Positions 55,807-64,000 of a stretch of DNA of 64,000 nt are shown piece by piece. The number at the start of each line of letters is the position of its first letter. The stretch's first letter is position 1. Origin of the DNA: Nitrososphaerota archaeon (GTDB taxonomy: Archaea; Thermoproteota; Nitrososphaeria; Nitrososphaerales; Nitrosopumilaceae); the NCBI GenBank assembly GCA_027315065.1, contig DAHUYT010000004.1:803-64802 (forward strand), read 5' to 3'. The notes under the pieces are model-generated. The model had not been told where the DNA came from. It searched no databases and was given only the letters and a program-made list of their open reading frames with translations. A program made the translations under genes and the position numbers.

Positions 55807-57209
55807 CTGTTTTCGGCACCAATTTTTTCCTGTTTGATCCATAGTGTTTTTTTTCTGTGATCAATTAGTACAATTCCCAAGTCTGATATCTCCTTTCTAA
55901 TGATGTCTGCACCTTGAAAATTTTTCTGATTTCGCAATAGATTGCGTCGATTGATAAGTTCATTTATTTTAGTTTTCACTTCTAATGTAACTTGGGATAT
56001 CTTCAAGCCTAGAATATCTAATATTTGATTAAATACGGGTAAAGCAATATTGGAAATGGAAGATACTAGGCGCTCAGACGAAGCAATCTGATTTGCAGCC
56101 TTTACGATCTTAAAAAATGCATTAACTGCAAACGGCGTATTAAAGTCTGAGTTTAAAGCTTCAGTGAACTCTTTTCTTGCTTCCTCCACTATATCTTCCA
56201 TAAATTTTACATCCTCTATGCTGGCAGATCCGTCGCCTGACAAGACTAATTCATAGTAACAGTTCTCTACTTGACGCCACTTTGTTATGGTCTCTCTTAA
56301 CAAATCTTCAGAATAATCAATGGGTTTAGAATAGTGTCCTGAAAGACAAAAAAGTCTGATTACGTTTGACCCCCATTTTTTTAGAACGAAATCCACAGAC
56401 TTTGTATTTCCAAGCGACTTTGACATTTTCTCGCCATTTATTGTGACCATTCCTATATGCATCCAAATCTTGGCAAAATTCTCGCCTGAATATGATTCTG
56501 ATTGGGCAATTTCATTTTCATGGTGGGGAAAAATTAGATCTCTACCTCCACCATGAATCTCAAAATTTGGTCCTAGGTATTTTAGACTCATGGCAGAACA
56601 TTCTATATGCCATCCCGGTCTGCCCAACCCCCATGGACTTTCCCACCTCGGTTCATCATTTGCGAATTTCCATAACGCAAAATCTAATGGATCTTTTTTA
56701 GTTTCATCTATCTCCACGCGTGCACCGGAGACTAACTCGTGAATCTTTTTCTTTGAAAGTTTTCCATATTTTTGAAATCTTGACACTGAAAAATATACAC
56801 CATTTGTTGATACATATGCAAAATTTTTCTCAATTAATACTTTGATCAAATTAATCATGTCTTCTATATGCTCTGTAGCTTTTGGGTATCTGTCTGCATG
56901 TATGACATTAAGATTGTCAAACTCCTCAAAATAACTCGCGATATATTTTGAACTAATTTTATCTGCAGATGTGTTTTCCACTCTCGCTCGATTTATTATC
57001 TTGTCGTCTACATCTGTGAAATTTTGAATAAATTCAACTTTGATTCCTTGTGATTCTAGAAATCTGCGGAGGGTATCGAAAACTATGATTGTTCTAGCAT
57101 GTCCTATGTGGCTATCGTCATACACTGTAACCCCGCACAGATAAATTCTTACCTTGTTTGATGTATCTAATTCCTTTTCCGCTACTGACAGCGTATCAAA
57201 AATTTTCAA
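55803..57209 (-). CDS. cysS: Cysteine--tRNA ligase
   Basis: CGVTVYD..HIGH, GWHIECS, FPHHENE, KMSKS. Confidence 0.96.
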   Translation of the reverse strand: MKIFDTLSVAEKELDTSNKVRIYLCGVTVYDDSHIGHARTIIVFDTLRRFLESQGIKVEFIQNFTDVDDKIINRARVENTSADKISSKYIASYFEEFDNLNVIHADRYPKATEHIEDMINLIKVLIEKNFAYVSTNGVYFSVSRFQKYGKLSKKKIHELVSGARVEIDETKKDPLDFALWKFANDEPRWESPWGLGRPGWHIECSAMSLKYLGPNFEIHGGGRDLIFPHHENEIAQSESYSGENFAKIWMHIGMVTINGEKMSKSLGNTKSVDFVLKKWGSNVIRLFCLSGHYSKPIDYSEDLLRETITKWRQVENCYYELVLSGDGSASIEDVKFMEDIVEEARKEFTEALNSDFNTPFAVNAFFKIVKAANQIASSERLVSSISNIALPVFNQILDILGLKISQVTLEVKTKINELINRRNLLRNQKNFQGADIIRKEISDLGIVLIDHRKKTLWIKQEKIGAENS

Positions 57210-57223
57210 ACTTTATCCTCTAA

Positions 57224-58015
57224 TCAAAGAACACATGCTTTGGGTGTTATTCTTTTGTGCTCGCTTCTTTTATGCATCTGATAAATTTTATCCACATCTG
57301 AAATGGGTATTTCTGTAATCTTGGCAGTATCTTCAATTGAGAAATTCTTGTCAATCATACAATAAAGAATAGAATCAATTTCTTCATATGTTAGACCAAT
57401 CTCTGCTTCTGCGATGTGCCCTTCCCATAATCTGGGCCCGCTTGGTTTTGATATTATGTTGGGTGCAATGCCAAGGAATCTCGCAAATTTCCGAATCTGA
57501 GTTTTATACAGTGAAACTATCGGTAAGAGATCAGCAGCTCCATCGCCATATTTCGTAAAATATCCTATCAAAAACTCACTTCTATCCTCTGACCCAAGTA
57601 CGAGATAATTCCTAGTATTGGCATAATAATACAAAATGTTTGACCTAATCCTGGCACCAAGGTTGCCAAATGCTAGTGGATTTGGTTCAATATATTTTGA
57701 ATACTCTTTGTGGATGAATCCAATATCGACTAGTTTGTATTCCAGATGTGAACTATCAACAATTTTGATTGCGTCTTCTGTATCTGTCTCTGGCGTGATC
57801 TTAGAGTCTGGCATTATCAATGCGAGTGATTTTTCTCTGACAAATTTTGCGCAAAGCATAGCAATAATTGCAGAGTCTATCCCTCCACTTAGACCAAATA
57901 TTACTCCCTGTGATCTTCTGTCTCTAATTTCTTCCATGAGAAACGAACCAATTTTTTCTTGAATCTGATTGAAATCTTTTTTTGTGATCTCGTCTAGTAT
58001 TTTTAGATTCAACAT
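57224..58015 (-). CDS. nadE: NH3-dependent NAD+ synthetase
   Basis: LSGGIDS, N..ARIR, G.FTKYGDG, EHKR. Confidence 0.93.
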   Translation of the reverse strand: MLNLKILDEITKKDFNQIQEKIGSFLMEEIRDRRSQGVIFGLSGGIDSAIIAMLCAKFVREKSLALIMPDSKITPETDTEDAIKIVDSSHLEYKLVDIGFIHKEYSKYIEPNPLAFGNLGARIRSNILYYYANTRNYLVLGSEDRSEFLIGYFTKYGDGAADLLPIVSLYKTQIRKFARFLGIAPNIISKPSGPRLWEGHIAEAEIGLTYEEIDSILYCMIDKNFSIEDTAKITEIPISDVDKIYQMHKRSEHKRITPKACVL

Positions 58016-58077
58016 TTGTTAAAATTATTCTAAAGAATTAAACTTTTTCAAGCGTTTTTTACATTAGATGTTTTTTA

Positions 58078-58287
58078 TTATCTCTTTTCGGGGTTGACGC
58101 ATTTCTGAACTCGTCCTATTTTACCATTGTATAATTCTACTTTAATCCCGTGAGGATGAGACTTGCTTGAAGTGAGAATTTTCTTGACCACACCTTCAGT
58201 CAAAACACCTGTGTGCTGATCTTGTTTTTGCACTATTAGTACACTTGTTCCAATTTTTATTTCATCTCTTGAAGGGGACCCACTCAA
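58078..58287 (-). CDS. YwbE/DUF2196-family protein
   Basis: IVQKQDQ.TG.LT.G.V..ILT....HPHGIKV.L..G..GRV. Confidence 0.85.
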   Translation of the reverse strand: MSGSPSRDEIKIGTSVLIVQKQDQHTGVLTEGVVKKILTSSKSHPHGIKVELYNGKIGRVQKCVNPEKR

Positions 58288-58380
58288 TGATGACTTGGTA
58301 ACAATTGTATGTCTTAAACTAATCTAAAACTAGGATATTTCTCTTGTGTTATAGTTTTTTACGAGCATTTATGATACTAA

Positions 58381-58581
58381 TTGTTGAATGATTTCATTGT
58401 AAGGTGTAGGTCTTGCAATACCAAGATCTTTATCCCTGATCAGGGACCTTGCACCGATTTAGAGTACGTGAAATACATTAATGCATACAACAAACAATGC
58501 AAATGTGGTAAAAACGATGGGATCTTCTTTCCTAGATGTACATTGTCATATGTTAATGATAATATGGGATTTCTGTGGTAA
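58381..58581 (+). CDS. Possible small zinc-ribbon protein
   Basis: CRSC...CKCG; 66 aa; TTG start. Confidence 0.4.
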   Translation: MLNDFIVRCRSCNTKIFIPDQGPCTDLEYVKYINAYNKQCKCGKNDGIFFPRCTLSYVNDNMGFLW

Positions 58582-58595
58582 ATTAATTGAATTTG

Positions 58596-58898
58596 TTACA
58601 GATCTAGATAAATGCCGTCATTTTTTACTTCAACTTTGTATGTCTGAAGTTTCACTCCTTTGATGTAATCCAAGAGCTCTCCTGTTTTGATGTTGTAGTG
58701 CCATAAATGAAGCGGACATTCCACAACATCGCCTTCTATCTTGCCAGGTGCAAGTGATCCGTCTTGATGTACGCAAATTGAATCTAGTGCATGAAAACCA
58801 TCTTGATTGAATATCGCAATTTTCTTGCCGTCTACCGAAAACTCTTTCCCTTTTCCTAACGCAATCTCGTTCTTTTCTGCTATTTTCTTCCAGACCAT
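58596..58898 (-). CDS. Rieske (2Fe-2S) ferredoxin
   Basis: CVH...CPLH Rieske ligands. Confidence 0.92.
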   Translation of the reverse strand: MVWKKIAEKNEIALGKGKEFSVDGKKIAIFNQDGFHALDSICVHQDGSLAPGKIEGDVVECPLHLWHYNIKTGELLDYIKGVKLQTYKVEVKNDGIYLDL

Positions 58899-58994
58899 AT
58901 TTTTTTAAACAAAACACATCCAATATTTAGATTGTTATTTTTGGCAGAACCCTTTTTGATAACATTTTATACCTCCTAAAATTTGAAATTCCAT

Positions 58995-60236
58995 ATGAGT
59001 CAGGTAAAAGATCCAAGCCTTGCAGAAAAAGGAAAGACATCATATGAATGGGCACGGGATCACATGCAAATTCTTACTAATACCATTGGGCGATTAAAGA
59101 AATCTCAGCCTCTCAAAGGACTACGCATAGGAATTTGTCTACACATTACAAAAGAAACATCTGTCTTGATAATGGGCGCAAAAGAATTGGGTGCAGATGT
59201 AAGTGCATGTGCTGCAAACCCTCTTTCAACACAGGATGACATATCTGCATTTTTAGCTGAAAATGGAATTCACATTTATGCTTGGACGGGTCAAACACAA
59301 GAAGAATATGATTGGTGTATCGAAAAAATGTTAAGTCATAAACCCCAAATTATAACAGATGATGGCTCTGACAGTCATAGCAAAATACATGGAAATAAAA
59401 AATTTGCGTCAATGAAAGTCTTGGGAGGAACAGAGGAGACAACAACTGGTGTTATACGATTGAAGGCGCTTGCGAAAGAAAAGAAACTCAAGTATCCTGT
59501 GATTGCTGTCAATGATGCATATACAAAACACATGTTTGACAATAGGTATGGAACAGGTCAGAGCACAATTGATGGATATCTGAGATCTATGAATCTATTA
59601 TTTGCGGGAAAGCGTGTTGTTGTAGCAGGATATGGATGGGTAGGACGAGGAGTTGCATCGCGGTGTCGCGGAATGGGCGCCAAAGTTTGCGTTACTGAAG
59701 TTGATCCAGTAAGAGCTCTGGAAGCTCACATGGATGGATTTGAAGTTGCACCAATGACCGAAGCAGCAAAAACGGGTGAAATATTCATTACTGCAACGGG
59801 GCAAACTGGAATAATTAGAAAAGAACACATCCTGACCATGAGAAACGGAGCCATCATGGGTAATGTGGGCCATTTTGATGTTGAGGTGGATGCCAAGTTT
59901 TTACTAAATGAATCAAAATCAGTACGAGAAGTTCGTCCAAATCTAGATGAGTGTTTACTAAAAAATGGAAAACGTGTTTATCTTATAGGAAAAGGGAGAA
60001 TCGCTAATCTTGTTGCCGCCGAAGGACACCCGCCAGAAGTTATGGCACAATCATTTTCAAATCAACTGCTGTCCATGATTTACATTGCAAAGAATCATAA
60101 AAAGATAGGAAAGAATGTAATCACGGTTCCGCAAGAAATTGACATACAGATTGCAATAGATGCATTAAAGGCGATGAATGTTAGTATGGACAAACCAACG
60201 GTAGCCCAGATAAAATATGGTCAAAGTTGGGCATAG
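58995..60236 (+). CDS. ahcY: Adenosylhomocysteinase
   Basis: CLHITKET, EETTTG, DNRYGTGQS, GYGWVG, GHP; ATG at 58995 preferred over TTG at 58983. Confidence 0.95.
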   Translation: MSQVKDPSLAEKGKTSYEWARDHMQILTNTIGRLKKSQPLKGLRIGICLHITKETSVLIMGAKELGADVSACAANPLSTQDDISAFLAENGIHIYAWTGQTQEEYDWCIEKMLSHKPQIITDDGSDSHSKIHGNKKFASMKVLGGTEETTTGVIRLKALAKEKKLKYPVIAVNDAYTKHMFDNRYGTGQSTIDGYLRSMNLLFAGKRVVVAGYGWVGRGVASRCRGMGAKVCVTEVDPVRALEAHMDGFEVAPMTEAAKTGEIFITATGQTGIIRKEHILTMRNGAIMGNVGHFDVEVDAKFLLNESKSVREVRPNLDECLLKNGKRVYLIGKGRIANLVAAEGHPPEVMAQSFSNQLLSMIYIAKNHKKIGKNVITVPQEIDIQIAIDALKAMNVSMDKPTVAQIKYGQSWA

Positions 60237-60266
60237 CTTAAATCACGCACATACTTTATTCCGATA

Positions 60267-61913
60267 ATGAAAAAGGCAATCATAACAAGCGCGTTACCCT
60301 ATGCTAATGGTGAAATACACCTTGGTCATGTTGCCTCGACCTATTTGCCTGCTGATATCACAACAAGATTTCTCAAGCTTACTGGCACGGAAGCCTATTA
60401 CATTTGTGCATCAGACGACTATGGTACGCCGATCCTAATTCAAGCTGAAAAAGAAAAAAAGGCGCCAGAAGAATACGTCAAAATCTGGAATAAAAGAGAT
60501 TATGATGATTTTACCGCATTTGGGATAGGGTTTGATCTATTTTACAGAACAAGCTCTCCAGAGAATATTGCCTTTGTACAGGATGTATTCAAAAAATTAA
60601 TAGAAAATGGTCACATTTACGAACAAGAGATCATTCAATTCTATTGTAAAGTTGACAAGAAATTTTTACCAGACAGGTATGTGCTAGGTAGATGTCCATA
60701 TTGTAAGGCTGAAGAACAATATTCAGACCTCTGTGAAAAATGTGGAAGGGTGCCACAAGAGATAGAAGAACCCAAGTGCTCAATTTGTAAGAATCCTCCA
60801 ACAAAAGAGAAGACCAAGCATTATTTTTTCAAGCTGACAAACTTTGTAAACGAACTAAATGAATGGCTTGAAGGCGACTCTCATCTTCAAAAGGACGTAA
60901 AAAAATACGTACAAAATTGGATAAAAGACGGTCTAGTGGATTGGGATATTACAAGAGACATTACATGGGGGGTGCCTATTCCACTTGAAGGCGCCAAAGA
61001 CCAAGTCTTCTATGGGTGGTTTGATAATCACCTTGCATATATTTCCTCAACACTGAAATTTTTAAATGACAAGGGAATAGATGGCAAAGAATTTTGGAAC
61101 TCGGCAGATATTTACCACTTTATTGGTAAAGATATTGTGTATCATCATTATCTGTTTTTACCCGCGATGAGAATTGGAATAAAAAAAGAATACAAACTTC
61201 CTGACTATATTCCAACTAGGGGGCATCTGATGTTACAGTCAAAAAAGATTTCAAAAAGTCGTAACTGGTATATCGGCCTAAAAGACTTCCTTCAAATATA
61301 TCCAACTGACTACCTGCGATTCTATTTGACATTGATTACACCATATAGCCAAGATGATCTTAATTTTGATTGGGACGAATTTGCAGCTAGGATAAACTCT
61401 GAACTCATAGGAAACATTGGTAATTTTGTTAATCGAGCACTTGGCTTTACAAAAAAGAGTACCGAAGGCGTGGTCCCTTCGATTGACTGTCCTGACTCTA
61501 CTGATAAGGAAGCACAAGACAAGATCAAAAGATTGGTAAATGAAATGACACCGCTAATGGAAGAAAATAGCCTTGACAGGGCACTCAAGAAGATCTTGGA
61601 GTTTTCTGCATACTTTAACCAATATTTTCAGAAAAAGGAACCGTGGAAAGGAGGAGTAGGTACAAACAACTGCATATTCATCTCAGTGCATGCGGTGCGC
61701 TCCATCGCAATAGCACTTTATCCATTTTTGCCAGAATCATCGCAGAGAATTTGGTCCCAACTCAACTTGGCAGGAAACGTGTCAGGGCAACCGTGGCATT
61801 CCATGTCTGAAATTGCGATAAAATCCGGTCACAATCTGGGTGAGGCTTCTCCACTTTTCAAAAAAGTGGAATCTACAGATATTCAGGTACACAAGTCAAA
61901 ACTTGGACAGTAA
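60267..61913 (+). CDS. metG: Methionine--tRNA ligase (no C-terminal dimerisation domain)
   Basis: PYANGEIHLGH, zinc knuckle, FIGKDI, KISKS. Confidence 0.96.
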   Translation: MKKAIITSALPYANGEIHLGHVASTYLPADITTRFLKLTGTEAYYICASDDYGTPILIQAEKEKKAPEEYVKIWNKRDYDDFTAFGIGFDLFYRTSSPENIAFVQDVFKKLIENGHIYEQEIIQFYCKVDKKFLPDRYVLGRCPYCKAEEQYSDLCEKCGRVPQEIEEPKCSICKNPPTKEKTKHYFFKLTNFVNELNEWLEGDSHLQKDVKKYVQNWIKDGLVDWDITRDITWGVPIPLEGAKDQVFYGWFDNHLAYISSTLKFLNDKGIDGKEFWNSADIYHFIGKDIVYHHYLFLPAMRIGIKKEYKLPDYIPTRGHLMLQSKKISKSRNWYIGLKDFLQIYPTDYLRFYLTLITPYSQDDLNFDWDEFAARINSELIGNIGNFVNRALGFTKKSTEGVVPSIDCPDSTDKEAQDKIKRLVNEMTPLMEENSLDRALKKILEFSAYFNQYFQKKEPWKGGVGTNNCIFISVHAVRSIAIALYPFLPESSQRIWSQLNLAGNVSGQPWHSMSEIAIKSGHNLGEASPLFKKVESTDIQVHKSKLGQ

Positions 61914-63137
61914 ATGACACTAGACTGGATCTCAAGAGATGGGAAACTGATACTGGGCGCAAGAGTTGTCAGAACATTCTCGTACGGTTTTGTGAGCGTA
62001 ATTTTGGCAATCTACCTCAATTTACTTGGATTCAATGAAATCTTAGTTGGAGTTGTTTTAACTGCCACATTAGTAAATAGCGTAATCTTCAACATAATCT
62101 CAAGTGTGTATGCTGATAAGATAGGACGCAGAAAGTTTTTGATTCTTTATGCAGTTTTGATGGTTATTTCGGCCACAGTCTTTTTCGTAACCAACAACTA
62201 TGTAGCATTAATTATAGCCGCACTGATTGGAACAATTAATGTGACAGGATCAGAGGTAGGGGCATTCTTATCCCTTGAACAAGCCATTCTGCCTCAAACA
62301 ATAAATGACGAAAAGAAGCGAACCTTGATTTTTTCTATCTATAATATGGTGGGAACATTTGCCATGTCGGGAGGGGTGCTTCTTTCAGGCTTACCTCATA
62401 TTTTCTCACAACAGTTTGGGCTTGATCAAACTAATGCAATCAAACTTCTCTTTCTTGCATATGCTGTATGTGCATTAGGCGTTCTTGCAATCTATCTCGC
62501 ATTATCGCCCAAGATTGAGACCAAATCTAAGAATAAACACGCCAATTCATTTCGTAATATCACACCCCAATCTCGTAGTGTTATTAAGAAAATATCCTCG
62601 CTATTTGCTGTTGATTCCTTTGCAGGGGGGTTTGTGATACAAAGTATAGTTTCCTTTTGGTTCTACACAAAGTTTGGCGCTGACTTATCTACCTTGTCTT
62701 ACATCTTTACAATGGCAGGCATACTTACTGCGATGTCGTATCTGCTAGCCAACAAAATAGCCTCAAAGATTGGTCTTGTAAATACAATGATCTATACCCA
62801 CATACCATCCAATATTCTTCTAATATTGGTTGCATTTGCACCAAGTTTCCCGCTTGCTGTTGGATTGTATTTTGCAAGAATGAGTATATCTCAGATGGAT
62901 GTTCCAACGCGTCAGTCGTATTTGATGGCGGTAGTAAACGAAAACGAGCGTGTTACAGCAGCCGGGATTACCAATACATCAAGAAACATTGCACAGTCAG
63001 TAGGCCCATCACTTGCTGGTGCGATAATGGGTTCACTTTTATCATCTCCTTTCATTATAGGTGGCGTACTAAAGTTAGCATATGATATAGGGCTATTTCT
63101 AAATTTCAGAAAAATAAAACCGCCAGAGGAACTCTAG
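61914..63137 (+). CDS. MFS transporter
   Basis: ADKIGRRK motif A, about 12 TM segments, MDVPTRQSY. Confidence 0.9.
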   Translation: MTLDWISRDGKLILGARVVRTFSYGFVSVILAIYLNLLGFNEILVGVVLTATLVNSVIFNIISSVYADKIGRRKFLILYAVLMVISATVFFVTNNYVALIIAALIGTINVTGSEVGAFLSLEQAILPQTINDEKKRTLIFSIYNMVGTFAMSGGVLLSGLPHIFSQQFGLDQTNAIKLLFLAYAVCALGVLAIYLALSPKIETKSKNKHANSFRNITPQSRSVIKKISSLFAVDSFAGGFVIQSIVSFWFYTKFGADLSTLSYIFTMAGILTAMSYLLANKIASKIGLVNTMIYTHIPSNILLILVAFAPSFPLAVGLYFARMSISQMDVPTRQSYLMAVVNENERVTAAGITNTSRNIAQSVGPSLAGAIMGSLLSSPFIIGGVLKLAYDIGLFLNFRKIKPPEEL

Positions 63138-64000
63138 ATGCTTGGTTTGTTGATTTTCTCAAGATATGCAAGAATTCCTGTGTAGTCGATATTGCCAAAT
63201 CCATCTTTGACGGCATTTTGATACAATTCATTTGCAAGTCTAGCAACAGGTAAATAGGCTCCAAATTCTTTAGCGGTGTAACTTATCTCATCTAGGTCTT
63301 TTTGCATTACGCTTAGAAAGAAACTTGGATCAAAGACCCCTTTTGCCATCTTTGGTCCTTTGAGAATGCTCATCCCCGTCTTAAAATAGGTGGAATTTAA
63401 TACATCTAAGAAAAGGAGAGGGTCCAAACCTGACTTTTTTGCTAATATGATGCCCTCCGATATGCCCAATGCCAAAATAGAAATCTGCAAATTCATGGCG
63501 AGTTTCATCGCATCAGCAGACCCATTATTCCCCAAGTAAAACGTCCTTTCCCCTATTGAATCAAAAACAGGTTTACATTTTTCGTAAACTTCTTTTTTGC
63601 CTCCTATCATGACTATAAGCTGGCCTTTTTCTGCAAGTGATGGTCCGCCCATGACTGGACTGTCGATCATTGGAATCCCATACTGCAAATATTTTTCAGC
63701 TATTTTTCTTGACGAAATAGGACTAATCGTGCTCATGTCAGACACAATCAGTTTTTCATGTTTGCCATGTATGATACTGTCTTTGCCAAATGATATGGAC
63801 TCAACGGCCTTTACATCCTTTACTATGATGATTACAATATCCGATCTTTCAGCTACTTGTTTTGGTGACTTTGCAACTTGTGCGCCAATTCTCCTAAGAG
63901 ATTTTGTCTTTTCTTCTGTCCTGTTGTAAACTGTGACCTTATGTCCTGTTCTAAGAAGACGAGCTGCAACTGCTTTTCCAAGCAATCCTGTACCGATAAT
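63134..64000 (-). CDS. NAD(P)-dependent oxidoreductase, 3-hydroxyisobutyrate dehydrogenase family (start beyond the window end)
   Basis: IIGTGLLG, YNRT, DMSTISP, DSPVMGG, KLAMN, KDL. Confidence 0.88.
   Translation of the reverse strand: MIGTGLLGKAVAARLLRTGHKVTVYNRTEEKTKSLRRIGAQVAKSPKQVAERSDIVIIIVKDVKAVESISFGKDSIIHGKHEKLIVSDMSTISPISSRKIAEKYLQYGIPMIDSPVMGGPSLAEKGQLIVMIGGKKEVYEKCKPVFDSIGERTFYLGNNGSADAMKLAMNLQISILALGISEGIILAKKSGLDPLLFLDVLNSTYFKTGMSILKGPKMAKGVFDPSFFLSVMQKDLDEISYTAKEFGAYLPVARLANELYQNAVKDGFGNIDYTGILAYLEKINKPSI

Noticed and set aside
1-64000. CRISPR arrays, tRNA/rRNA genes, prophage or integrase, and the many 60-140 aa antisense ORFs inside housekeeping genes
   Set aside because: No regularly spaced repeats, cloverleaf/T-arm consensus or viral/integrase genes were seen in the few larger gaps; the antisense ORFs are shadows of well-supported genes.

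Overview
Gene-dense, AT-rich archaeal chromosome segment. The gene set and protein style (CofE, archaeal ProRS, proteasome beta, Rpo6, S25e, EndA, Alba, cupredoxin, frequent TTG/GTG starts) indicate an ammonia-oxidising archaeon (Nitrososphaerota, Nitrosopumilales-like; Nitrosotalea-like is only an impression). About 70 mostly housekeeping CDSs are present. I found no rRNA, tRNA or CRISPR array, and the only mobile-element trace is a TnpB (IS200/IS605-family) 3' remnant. Main points of interest: (1) a two-domain SDR with an atypical YxxxQ motif that resembles the acyl-CoA-reducing half of Chloroflexus-type malonyl-CoA reductase, a step whose enzyme is, to my knowledge, still unassigned in the AOA carbon-fixation cycle; it is coupled to a non-canonical hotdog-fold gene; (2) a sulfur-handling neighbourhood (TusA-cysteine synthase, TrxB, Cys-type Thi4, sulfite reductase-rhodanese); (3) a collagen-like protein with 101 uninterrupted Gly-X-Y triplets and a periodic GDK register, followed by an uncalled 45-aa Lys/Arg/Ala histone-H1-like peptide; (4) the TnpB remnant with a preserved putative omega-RNA end; (5) several proteins with substituted catalytic or metal ligands (Ino1-like, ureohydrolase, cupredoxin, a C-D-H-H zinc finger). 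All family assignments come from motif recognition by eye; no database searches were run.
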